Positions 24,201-34,300 of a DNA stretch of 64,000 nt are shown piece by piece. The notes beneath the pieces are model-generated. The model was not told the DNA's origin. It was given only the letters and a program-made list of their open reading frames with translations, and made no database searches. The stretch spans positions 44,764,001 through 44,828,000 of the forward strand of contig NC_043014.1 in the NCBI RefSeq assembly GCF_006345805.1. Direction: 5' to 3'. The position numbers and the translations under genes were made by a program. The stretch is from Octopus sinensis. Taxonomy: Eukaryota. Every line of letters starts with the position of its first letter. The first letter of the stretch is position 1.

Positions 24201-27059
24201 TATTTGTGCGATATTGGAGAACTTCCAAACAGAAGATGGTGTGCTTGTTCCTGAAGTATTACAACCGTTTCTGCCAAAAGGTCAGTAGTAACATTATTGT
24301 TGTTTTGTACAAAGCCAACCCTGATTAACTAACTTGCTTTTAGTATATCTTCCATTTTAAGAAGATGGGGTATACCTTTTACGTATTTTAATTTTTAATA
24401 GCCCTGAACAACAGCATCATCAGGGACAGATTTCCAATGGACCAATCACAGGTTCACTATATTTACAACTTGCAGAAATACCTGTCATTGACTGGGTTCA
24501 GAAAGAGTTTTCAAAAATTACACCCTGATTTATGAAAGTTACTGCTTCGATATTATTGACGGTTTTGTAGTTGAATATCCGCAAGCACATATTGCCAGGT
24601 TTCGGCCCAAAAAGTTATAATATTTTACTAATGGGTTTGCTGATAGTCAATCACTTCAGCTCTTTCTCTTTTCCTACACTGAGATTGTTTGGGTAGTCCA
24701 AATCTAATTTTTTTTTTGAGATATTGTAGTAGGGTGAAGTAATCTATAAGACTGATGTTAGCAAACTTACGGATTTCACCGATGTGAAAATTGGTAAAAG
24801 TTATGGTTGAAAAGCTATTTTTACCACTATCTGGGGGTTCCTCGGGAAAAATAAGTTGACAAAAGCACAGCCATGGTCGTGACCAATGTCCTCCTAAAAT
24901 TGGAGCGACATGCATGCTAATTTGTGGATGTGCATAAAGTACATTCACATACATCCTGCCTTTTATAGATATATATAACGAGCATGACAAGATATAATCT
25001 GTGTGATATTAGCAGAACAAATATTTCAAAGGCTTTTCAAAAGTATTGGTTTTCTCACTAATGTTTACATTGACATGACATCTTCAACGCAGATTCTGTC
25101 CACCAAATTCCAATAAAAAGAAAATCATTGGTCAGTGTCAGATACCATGCACTGGGATTGAACCCAGAAGCATGTGGTGGTGAAGGAAACTTTTTAACAA
25201 TGTGCCTAGCAGGTTGAGCAACCACAAGAGGCTCTCATTGTCTTGTGCTATAAAAATGTTACTTATTAGGCGCAGGAGTGGCTGTGTGGTAGGTAGTTTC
25301 CTTACCAACCACATGGTTCCGGGTTCAGTCCCACTGCGTGGCACCTTGGGCAAGTGTCTTCTACTTTAGCCTCAGGCCGACCAAAGCCTTGTGAATGGAT
25401 TTGGTAAATGGAAAGAAGCCCATCGTATATATGTGTTTGTCCCCCCAACATCGCTTGACAACCAATGCTGGTGTTTTTACGTCCCCGTAACTTAGCGGTT
25501 CGGCAAAAGAGGCCAATAGAATAAGTACTAAGCTTGCAAAGAATAAGTCCTGGGGTTGATTTGTTCGAATAAAGGCAGTGCTCCAGCATGGCCACAGTTA
25601 AATGACTGAAACAAGTAAGAGAGTATGTGGTTCATTAAGTGTCTATAGTTATTAAGGTTGGTGATGGTAAGGGAATTTTAGTGAGGAGGAAGAATCAGAA
25701 AAAGTGTTCAAAGTAAAACTTGCAGAGTTGGTGTGATGAAAGACAAACAGGCCCACATAGATGGGGCATGTACTTAGCTAGTTTAGAAGAACTGGGGTCA
25801 AGATAGTATCAGTAGAAACAGTAAAGTGAGTAAATATTTCTTTATGTAAAAGTTCAGCAACTGAGACTTGCTGAAGTAATTTCCATTATTAAAGAAGAAA
25901 TATGACTATTTTGGAAATACCTCACAAAGTGACAACCATGTCCTGCATAGTTATGGTCTGCCCTCTGGCAATGCATAGCATCCATTCAGCCGGGGATACA
26001 GTGAAGTTATGGGACTGCAGCATGGCCGATTGTGAAGAGGCGAAGAAAAAGCTCAACTGAGCCAACGTTGCTTCTTATGTTGATGCTGAGCAGAGGAATC
26101 CTAGGTCAGGATCACCAAGCTCTCTTAATAGAGTAACTGCAACAGTTGGTTGACAATAAAGTCATGGGAATACACAAAAACTGGAGAGAAAAAATAAAAG
26201 AAAGAAGCTTAGTGGCACCAAAACAGTTTCCCAGTCTATGTATGTGAGTATGAAAAACCATCTCCATTATTTCGGAGGCCATTTATTATCTATCACTGCA
26301 ATACTACTTGTGAGATTTAGAATATTGAGCTTTCAGATTTATCATAGACAGACTATTACACAGGAAAATTGATCTGTAATTATAGGGGATGTTAAAACAT
26401 AAGGAGAGATGCTAAAAAAAAACTGAATATGGGAAAGTGAACATTATTTACATTTGACAAATATTTGTCTTCATCTTGTTAACACATTTCAGCTGATACA
26501 CCCTCCAGCCTGAACCTGAGTTCTCATTCCTAGGTATTTTTTGATATTATTAATATTATTCAGGTCACTGCCTGGAATCGAACTCGGAATCTTGGGGTTA
26601 GTAGCCCACGCTCTTAACCACTACGCCATACGCCCATGGGTGTAGTAGTTAAGAACGTGGGCTACTAACCCCAAGATTCCGAGTTCGATTCCAGGTAGTG
26701 ACCTGAATAATAATATTGAAAAATACCTTAGGAATGAGAACCCAGGTTCTAGCACTAGAGAAAGAGAGAGGGGTATATTTATACTAAGTCCATAACATGA
26801 GTTTCAATTCCTATTCATTTAGTTTGCTTTTTTCCCCACAAATGGTCTTTGAAAATACATTAATTGTTGTCCCTAATAAAAAAGAAAAAAAACATGTTAT
26901 TGTCTGTCAAAAGTGTTAATGTCTTTTTTGTTTTTACCTGTTTTTTTTCTTCTTCTAGCTTACAAAGAGAAAATTCCTTTTGTGAAACCTGCTCCCATTG
27001 AAGAAATAGAGAAGAAAAATCTGTCAAAGAACATGAAAAAAATGAACATAAAAAGCTGA
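6931..27059 (+). CDS. SARS1: Cytosolic seryl-tRNA synthetase (class II aaRS); spliced CDS, coding exons 2-11, 5' partial
   Basis: Ten GT-AG exons join in frame (71, 84, 159, 141, 156, 222, 130, 158, 130, 101 nt). The product contains the SerRS motifs [48 protein letters not shown] and [10 protein letters not shown]. Exon sizes and phases match the human SARS1 structure as I recall it. Confidence 0.98.
7088..8758. mobile_element. hAT-type MITE interrupted by two piggyBac insertions
   Basis: TIR CAGTGGTTCT(T/C)AAC; 8-bp TSD TGTTAGAC / TGTGAGAC (7 of 8 match). Confidence 0.75.
7600..8673 (-). mobile_element. Second deletion derivative of the same piggyBac family, retaining catalytic-core fragments
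   Basis: TTAA TSD, same TIRs and subterminal arms; frameshifted [20 protein letters not shown] and [28 protein letters not shown]; internal duplication of about 105 bp (8077-8183 / 8256-8362). Confidence 0.85.
9847..9930 (+). CDS. SARS1: SARS1 exon 3 ([28 protein letters not shown])
   Basis: ttacag| ... |gtgagt; 84 nt; matches [15 protein letters not shown]. Confidence 0.95.
10752..11280. repeat. Fold-back repeat with 260-bp arms, a 9-nt loop and one mismatch
   Basis: 10752-11011 is the reverse complement of 11021-11280 (one A/C mismatch seen); loop TGTTTGGCT; (TA)n on both sides. Confidence 0.92.
11012..11090 (+). ncRNA. Minimal hammerhead ribozyme fold, sense to the SARS1 pre-mRNA
   Basis: CUGAUGA 11019-11025; stem II AGAU/AUCU; GAAA 11068-11071; stem III CCUG-UG-CAGG; GUC 11081-11083; stem I CCA(CA)/(UG)UUUGG. 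Confidence 0.7.
11929..11968 (-). ncRNA. Degenerate minimal hammerhead (core A6 changed to U); a more decayed relative lies at 59448-59484
   Basis: CUUU-CUGUAGA-AGAGC-AUAG-GCUC-GAAA-CGUA-AAAG; ACGU palindromic stem III. Confidence 0.45.
12067..12225 (+). CDS. SARS1: SARS1 exon 4 (ELNVKQVKK...[16 protein letters not shown])
   Basis: tttcag| ... |gtatgt; 159 nt; IGNLLHxSxxISNDE motif. Confidence 0.97.
13764..13904 (+). CDS. SARS1: SARS1 exon 5 ([11 protein letters not shown]...[13 protein letters not shown]...GGRGYYLK)
   Basis: atccag| ... |gtaagt; 141 nt. Confidence 0.97.
13959..14467. mobile_element. Head-to-head inverted pair of a tRNA-headed element carrying a hammerhead-like tail
   Basis: Arms about 90% complementary. 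Each arm runs from a tRNA-like head (GTTCGATTCC B box) through (AAT)n to AACAC-CUGAUGA-A-GGCUG...CAGCC-GAAA-UGUU-GUGUU (14358-14403); the mirror fold is on the - strand near 14023-14068. Confidence 0.75.
15624..15779 (+). CDS. SARS1: SARS1 exon 6 ([10 protein letters not shown]...[26 protein letters not shown])
   Basis: ctttag| ... |gtaatc; 156 nt; motif 1 region. Confidence 0.97.
16553..16775. mobile_element. piggyBac-type MITE of about 220 bp (representative copy)
   Basis: TTAA-CCCTTTC...GAAAGGG-TTAA; other copies at 7174-7394, about 13438-13610, 51193-51420 and 51445-51575. Confidence 0.88.
18490..18711 (+). CDS. SARS1: SARS1 exon 7 ([11 protein letters not shown]...YLIATSEQP...[10 protein letters not shown])
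   Basis: actcag| ... |gtaaac; 222 nt; TSE loop and motif 2. Confidence 0.98.
21103..21232 (+). CDS. SARS1: SARS1 exon 8 ([21 protein letters not shown]...[12 protein letters not shown])
   Basis: tttcag| ... |gtaatt; 130 nt; ends in phase 1. Confidence 0.97.
22077..22467. mobile_element. Fold-back MITE with long TIRs and an 8-bp TSD (Merlin-like GG termini)
   Basis: GGATCTTTTCACTTTGACCGGCAG TIR extending about 120 bp; exact TSD CAACTTAT (22069-22076 / 22468-22475). Confidence 0.82.
22561..22718 (+). CDS. SARS1: SARS1 exon 9 ([39 protein letters not shown]...)
   Basis: tttcag| ... |gtaggt; 158 nt. Confidence 0.98.
22960..23260 (+). mobile_element. tRNA-derived SINE family 5; related copies near 4270-4420, 54720-55010, 55055-55290 and 60350-60670
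   Basis: TGGCTCAGTGGTTAG...GTTCAATTCCTGG head followed by GAGCAAGACACTTTATTTCACATTGCTCCAGT. Confidence 0.72.
24151..24280 (+). CDS. SARS1: SARS1 exon 10 ([30 protein letters not shown]...)
   Basis: taccag| ... |gtcagt; 130 nt; motif 3. Confidence 0.97.
26442..26750. mobile_element. Second head-to-head copy of the tRNA-headed element; ribozyme part deleted or truncated
   Basis: Centre CCCA|TGGG at 26636/26637; same head, (AAT)n and AATACCTTAGGAATGAGAACCCAGG as the 13959 copy. Confidence 0.75.
26959..27059 (+). CDS. SARS1: SARS1 terminal coding exon ([32 protein letters not shown])
   Basis: ttctag| acceptor; IPFVKPAPI motif; TGA at 27057-27059. Confidence 0.95.
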
Positions 27060-27154
27060 TTTATTCCCATTCACCCCTGCTTTGCCGCTTCATTTTTATC
27101 TGTTGTAGCCAATCTTTTAAAAAAGGACCACTCCGTGTATAATTTGTTGAATTC

Positions 27155-27160
27155 AATAAA
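27155..27160 (+). terminator. Candidate SARS1 polyadenylation signal AATAAA
   Basis: First AATAAA about 95 nt after the stop codon; usage not verified. Confidence 0.4.
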
Positions 27161-28234
27161 CAAACACAAACATTGACATTTCTTAAATTTATTGTAAAAA
27201 AATTAAAATAAGCTTTATACAATATTGTTTTGCTACTGTTTAATGGCTGCAAAAGATAGAAAAAAATAATTGCATCATTATGAAATTTCAAATATGACTT
27301 TAAAAAGTTATTCTTGTATATTGTTTGACAATAAATTTTGTTGAAACAAATGCTGTAGTAAGTGGGAGCATTATTAGACACTTAATACATGTAAATGCAC
27401 ACAATGATCAGGTTGTTGTTTACTCTCTGGTTAGCCTTGTTTGAGCATATCTACTGGAGAAAATAAGGGTTCAAGGATGATGACTAAAGAAAAACACCTA
27501 CTTTGGCCCTGTTGTGCTACGAGCATAAAGCTTTTAATAAATCTCTGAAAGAGGTATAAACAGTAGCTGCAAGACAATGGGAGGTATTTTTGCAGCTCAA
27601 ATGTAACTAACCACTAAGGATGGATGCTACTGTAGCCCCAGGAGAACAATCTTCTCCAGTTGGCTATTGGCACACTTTCTGTACCCTACCAGTATTTGCA
27701 AAGGGAAGCCATCCGTCCCATCGTCAACCTAACGTGATACGCGCGGACCTGGGTTTCTGGGTACTTACCCGTCGTCAGTGCACAACAATCACCGGTCTTC
27801 GATGCGAAGGGGTCCCAATGCAAATACATATATCCTTTTTCCAGTGACGAAAAGTCACTGATCTCGAAAAAGTGTAAACAAGCAATAATAAATCTCTGAA
27901 CGAGGTATAAACAGTCAAGTATATTTACTATCTAAATGTGGCTCACCACTAAGGGTGGATGCTACTGTAGCTTGTAGCCCGAGGAGAACATCTCCAGCTG
28001 GCTATTGACACACTTTCTGTGCCCTATCACTTTTTCAGACTGGTTTAATCCCAGTGGGATAAAAAGCAAAGTTAACTTCAGCAGAATTTGAACTCAGAGC
28101 ATAGCAGGAACATACCTCAAGGAATTTTGCTCAAGGAATTAACAATTCTGTGAATCCACCCTCAGAGGATGAGTTACAAGTAAAAATAAAAAAAAAGATT
28201 AATAAACAGTCAGTAAAGGATAATAGAAGGATAT

Positions 28235-28326
28235 TTACCTCTGTGAAAACCAATTGTTGTAGTTGAGCAAGAGAACAAGGTCCTGCAGGTGAGGTTCACA
28301 GTTTTGTTGTGCCAAGGCAGAAATTA
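28235..28326 (-). CDS. TUBGCP6: TUBGCP6 terminal coding exon (ISALAQQNCEPHLQDLVLLLNYNNWFSQR*)
   Basis: ttacag| acceptor; TAA at 28237-28235; matches the human C-terminus YQPHLEDFLLRINFNNYY. Confidence 0.93.
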
Positions 28327-31300
28327 CTGTAAATATAATAATAAAGTTTAATTTCCATGCTTTCAGATATCCTTTACATAATTACAAAAGTCTTAACTCT
28401 TTACCATTTAAACCAGCTCCATCTGGCTCAAATATGGCTAGAACTCTATAATTATAGAATCCGATCATTGAAATTACAAAGCTGTGTGTGTGTGTGTGTA
28501 TATGTCAATATATAAATGGAACAAAAACGCAATAGAGGGCATTCAGACAGATAGATGATACAAAGGCAAACAAGAGGAAGGACAGGCAAAAAAAGACTGG
28601 TCATTCTTGGTTTTCTTTCTTCAGTCAAGTACCAGAAGTCATAACCATTTCGGACAGTTACACTTGAGATGGTTTGATCTGGTTGTCCCCCAAAAAAGTC
28701 TAAGCTAAGAGCATTAGACCCCTTTGTAAGAAAGCTAGCGAATGTGTACGGCAACAAAGACAAAAAAAAAAAACAGAACATGATACAGAATTATGAATAC
28801 AAACAACAAGAAATAACAACAGGCGTCTTTCGACTGAGAATGATTCAAATTGAGCTGGTGTATAGACATATATCTAATGAAACAGACCTTTGGCCAAAAG
28901 CGTTACGACCATGATCATCTTGCTAATTTTTCAGATAGTGCTCCAGTGTCTTTCTGCCCCCTTTTAAGAGGTTGTAATTTGAAGTAGATCTGGTTGCTAT
29001 TTCTAACAGTTCCAATGACCATGTATAAGTTCTTTAGCAGATTTAATTTATAGGTAGATTGTTGAAAGGTAAGTATCATGATCATTCAGTCTATTCTACA
29101 AACATATCTAGGACTATATTATTAAATGTGTTACTCTTTTACTTGTTTCAGTCATTTGACTGCGACCATGCTGGAGCACCGCCTTTAATTGAGCAACTTG
29201 ACCCCGGGACTTATTCTTTTGTAAGCCAGTACTTATTCTATCGGTCTCTTTTGCCGAACTGCTAAGTAACGGGGACATAAACACACCAGCATCAGTTGTC
29301 AAGCAATGCTAGGGGGACAAACACAAACACACACACGCATATATATATATACGAGGGTTCTTAATTTTTGTTGATCTGAGGGAGATTTGGCAGCTATTTC
29401 TAGCAGGTTGATCTGATTTTAAAGTAAGTATACTGGTCTGCTAAAAATGAAGTGTTTTGGCCATGAACACAGCACATTAATGGTCACTGGATCCATACTA
29501 CCAGTATTCTAATTTGGTCAGCTGAAAATCTAAAAGAATGATGAACGAACAAGAAAAAAGCTTAGAAAATAATATCATGGAAAAATAAAATTTAAAAAAA
29601 TAAATTGCTTACCATCATAAAAGTGTTTGGAATATCTACAGAAGTCTTCATAAAGTTTCAACAATCGAGGAAAGTTTGGATGTTTGATGGGTCCTCCGTT
29701 TCTGTCACGGTGCCAAGTATGGCTCCTGAGAGTCTGGTAGAAAGCCAGAATGAGACTAAACATGTTTTTGATTGCAGCCATCATATGGTTGGACGGGGAC
29801 ATGAATAAGCTTCTGAAAAAGAGAACCAGCAGAAGGGCAGTTTAGCAAGTCATGATACAAGACACATGATGTTAGAAATTTCAGACTTGTTAAATCCAGG
29901 CATGGCTGATAAAATATTTAGCCGGTGGCACGTAAAAAGCACCATCCGTTCTTGTTCGTTGCCAGCCTCGCCTGGCCCCCATGCTGATGGCACATAAAAA
30001 GCACCATCCGTTCGTGGCCGTTTGCCAGCTCTGTCTGGCACCTGTGCGGGTGGCATGTAAAAAGCACTCACTACACTCACGGAGTGGTTGGCGTTAGGAA
30101 GGGCATCCAGCCGTAGAAACACTGCCAGATCTGACTAGGCCTGATGAAGCCTTCCAGCTTCCCAGACCCCAGTTGAACCGTCCAACCCATGCTAGCATGG
30201 AAAACGGACGCTAAACGATGATGATGATGATGATGATGAGACAATTTAATTACCGTTAAGGTTATGCCAAAATTATGAAGTATTATTCTTATTGTCATTA
30301 TTAAAATTAAAGGCTTTTCTAACTCTCTAACTTCTGAGTTCATATACTGTCAATGTCACCTTTGCCTTTGATTCCTTCAAGGTCAATAAAATAAGTTCCA
30401 GTTGAACAATGGGATTGATGTAAGCGACTAACTCCTTCCCCTAAAATTGTAGGCCTTGTGCCAAAATTTGAAACTATTATTAAAATTAAAGGCAGTTGTT
30501 AAATTATCAGTAAAGTACTGGAGATGATTTAATTGTTACCTCAACTCAAAATTTTAATCAATTAAATCCCGCCTCCCCTAAAACAAAAATAAGCATTATA
30601 CTCAAGAACCACAAGACTTGGCTTCTTGTTCCATAGACTATTTGCTCTATTTAAGATTTGTTATGTAGTTTTGGCAATGGCTATCCGATTGTGCCGTTGC
30701 CAGCCTCGTCTGGCCCCCGTGCAAGTGTCACATAAAAAGCACCCACTACACTCACGGAGTGGTTGGCATTAGGAAGGGCATCCAGCTGTAGAAACACTGC
30801 TAGGTCAGACTGGGCCTGGCGCAGCCTTCTGGCTTCCCAGACCCCGGTTGAACCATCCAACCCATGCTAGCATGGAAAACGGACGATGATGATGACAGTC
30901 AAGGAAGTTTGTATCTAGTCCTGGAAGGGCCTTTCATGCCAGACAAGTCAAAGGATACAGGCCAAACTAATATGGACCACCTCATTCCAATGGTAACAAT
31001 GGGCTTGCATTAAACCAACACCTCTACTTAGAAAAGAAAGCAAAGTTACAGAAGTGTTGATGAAAATTCAAAACCAACGAGACCTGGGAGAGAAAGAAAC
31101 GTTTGATCATAAGAAAGATGGAAGAAAAAATACCCCTAAAAATAACTGGAGGCAGAGTTGAAACAACAGGGATCCCACCAGAGAGGAGTAGAAAAGATAG
31201 CCTAGAGTAAAGAACAATAGAGGAGTGTTGTTGATGACTTATGGTTCATATAGAACAAAGGGCTTCTTAAGAAGAAGACAAGCCAACAACTATTCTGTCT

Positions 31301-34300
31301 AGTGTCTCATTAATGACTAGCACTATGACCCGGCAACACTGGGTCATAGTGCTAGTGCATGCATATACAGCTGCGTGCGTGCGCACATACACGCGAGTAC
31401 TGTCCAAGTCTCTGACCAATCACATACAGCTAGCTGGCATTCAATTAGCGTATCAAGTTTCGGGCATTTTGATTGGGTTTTGGAGAGATAATTCACAAAA
31501 AAGTCACTTCTATTGATTTTTTTAATGGCTTTGCAGGGTGACTGGGAAACTGTAAAGATGTGCACGACCACCCTTGGATGGTTTTAAATGACCATAGAAA
31601 GTGCGAGCCCTCTAACTGAAAAATTGTGGATTTATATAAAGGACATGCATGCAGACATTTTGGCGTTTATATATATAGAGATCAATGCTTTCAGTCAACT
31701 CTCTAAAACAGCAAAAGTAAATAAATCTGGTTTTGTCTTCTTCCCTATTTTATGTATGCAACCTCACTATACTATTTTCCAATGTAATCCAGAATTATTT
31801 TATTTATTTATGCGCCCTTTTCAAGCCTAGCCAGGCTCATGGACCTGGTTTCCCGGTTTCTATGGCGTATGTGTTCCCCCCAGCTTGACAGGACGCCAGT
31901 CCATCACAGTGTTACTCAAGAAACAGGAAGAGAGAGTGAGAGAAAGTTGTGGTGAAAGAGTACAACAGGGGTTGCCACCACCCCCTGCCGGAGCCTCATG
32001 GAGCTTTAGGTGTTTTCACTCAATAAACACACACAGCGCCCGGTCTGGGAATCGAAACCGCGATCCTCCGACCGCAAGTCCGCTGCCCAAACCACTGGGC
32101 CATTGCGCCTCCAATCCAGAATTATAAGAAACATAATTGAAGTCAGCAGTATTCAGTTTGGTATCCTTCCTGTTGAGCTACATAAAAGTGAAATTCTAGG
32201 GGGTTACACTGCCTTTCTAACATTGCCATTGTTAATCTTTAGTTATGCCAACTTACTGTTTAAGTGACGTATCTAAGAAATCCATGTGCAGTTTATGTAA
32301 GTCATCGAGGCTGAACACCTTTGTGTGAAAAGCCTTCTGAAAGTTGGTCCACGAAATATACAGCACCTGGTTCACGAAAAAGTTTTGAAGAGCCTTCACA
32401 AACTCCCGCATTATATAGCTACAAAAGAGAAATGAACATAATATTTTTTTTTATGAAAATGATTTAATCATAAATTGTCTTAGCATAATACAACACGATC
32501 GTTAAGTTACCAGGTCAGCTCTGATGAGATATTCCAGCCTTGACCATCCATTGTTTTTGTTTTTCAGATACAGTGTACCATCATGATGATTTAGTTCCAT
32601 GTTCCATAACTAGCATGGGCTGAATGGCTTGACAGGGTCCAATGGGTTCAAGGACTGCATTGTGCTCCAATGTCTGCTTTGACAGACCAAACAGACTGGA
32701 TAGAATAAATCAAGGCAATCTCTGCAACAAGTACGACTAAATGATAAGGATGTTATACAGCCCAGTTCTATGCATACTCAGAAATAGACATCAAAACATA
32801 GAGTAGATAAATATTAAAAGAATGTTATCTCTCAAAAGTTAATAGCAAATTTTGACTCATCTCAGACATTTAGACATTTAATACGATTTTATTCACCCAT
32901 CAAAAATGATGATGGCCTGTATATGGCTGATGGAGAGTTTAAGGCAAAACCAAGTTCGTCTCACACAGTCTATCATTTACCATATTTGATGGCATTATAC
33001 ATTTTTCAAAAAAATATCTCAACAAAACTACCTCGAGTCCTATACACAAAGTTGGGTCCCCCATAAGCTGATTTTGCTTTAAAGAGCTAAAAACGTTTTT
33101 CTTGCATGAGCCCTACTGAAACTGGAGTGCATTTTTTACACTGAGTCTCTCTACAAAGCACATCTACCTGCAAGAACTAACTGCAAAATGGCTTCAGAGT
33201 TGTTGCCCAGTTTTAGAGAAAGGAAATAAAGGAGAGAAACCATGAAAATTATATACAAACCCAAATGTTTGGACCCTATGGAACTGTGTCTCCCTACTGA
33301 AGTGAGGTACATGGTTCACCATTGCTGCAAAAGACACAAAGACAATCGAGTGAGGACAAAAGAATTAATAAATTAACATTTCAATCATATTAGACAGGAT
33401 TATTATAAAACAGACATCGGAGCACAAAGCCAAGGAAAGCTAAAATCATATGATGTGGCAGTCCCAGCAGTGATGGCTGAGGATTATCTTGTGCTAGTGA
33501 TATAACCGTGAGTGCTTATAGGCACCACAACTCCGTATGAGAGGGTCTCTCATGGTAAACAACACAGTATTCTGTGACACAAGATCAACTTTTAAATAGG
33601 GATAAATATTATCTTTTGGTATTAATACTGCATCTGTTTCTATTAATTACTATAAGACACTGCTTGTGCCAGTGCCACGTAAAAAGCACCATTCAAGCAT
33701 GATCGTTACCTGTAACTGCCTGACTGGCCCTTGTGCCGGATGCAGGTGACATGTAAAAAAACACGATTTTTTTTGTGGCCATTACCTGTAACTGCCTGAC
33801 TGGCCCTTGTGCCGGATGCAGGTGACATGTAAAAAAACACGATTTTTTTTGTGGCCATTACCTGTAACTGCCTGACTGGCCCTTGTGCCGGTGGCATGTA
33901 AAAGCATCCACTACACTCTCGGAGTGGTTGGCGTTAGGAAGGGCATCCAGCTGTAGAAACTATGCCAGATCAAGACTGAAGCCTGGTGCAGCCATCTGGT
34001 TCGCCAGTCCTCAGTCAAATCATCCAAACCATGCTAGCGTGGAAAGCGGACGTTAAACAATGATGATGATGATGATGATGATGACTGCCGTGTGCCATGT
34101 TGTTTGTATGCAATGACATAAAAGGAGGATGAAGAAGAGGAGGAGGAGGAGGAGAAAAAGTCTACCAACACTTACCATCTCGTTTCAGTTGGCGCCAAAT
34201 CTGTTCCAACAACCACATAGCATAGCGAAGTTGGAGCAGAAATAGATAGAGTTGCCGATATTTTCGGTGACACTCCTTGTTGATGATGATATTTAGGGGC

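Noticed and set aside
26553-26636. Possible tRNA-Ser(ACT) gene
   Set aside because: A and B boxes and an anticodon-like loop are present, but the acceptor stem does not pair and the T stem is broken. It is a SINE-type head. The same reasoning applies to the other SINE heads.
33050-33170. Candidate TUBGCP6 exon after a ttgcag acceptor (VDVLCRETQ...)
   Set aside because: It hits stop codons and has no GCP6 similarity; the true exons at 33261-33324 and 32257-32418 already join in phase.
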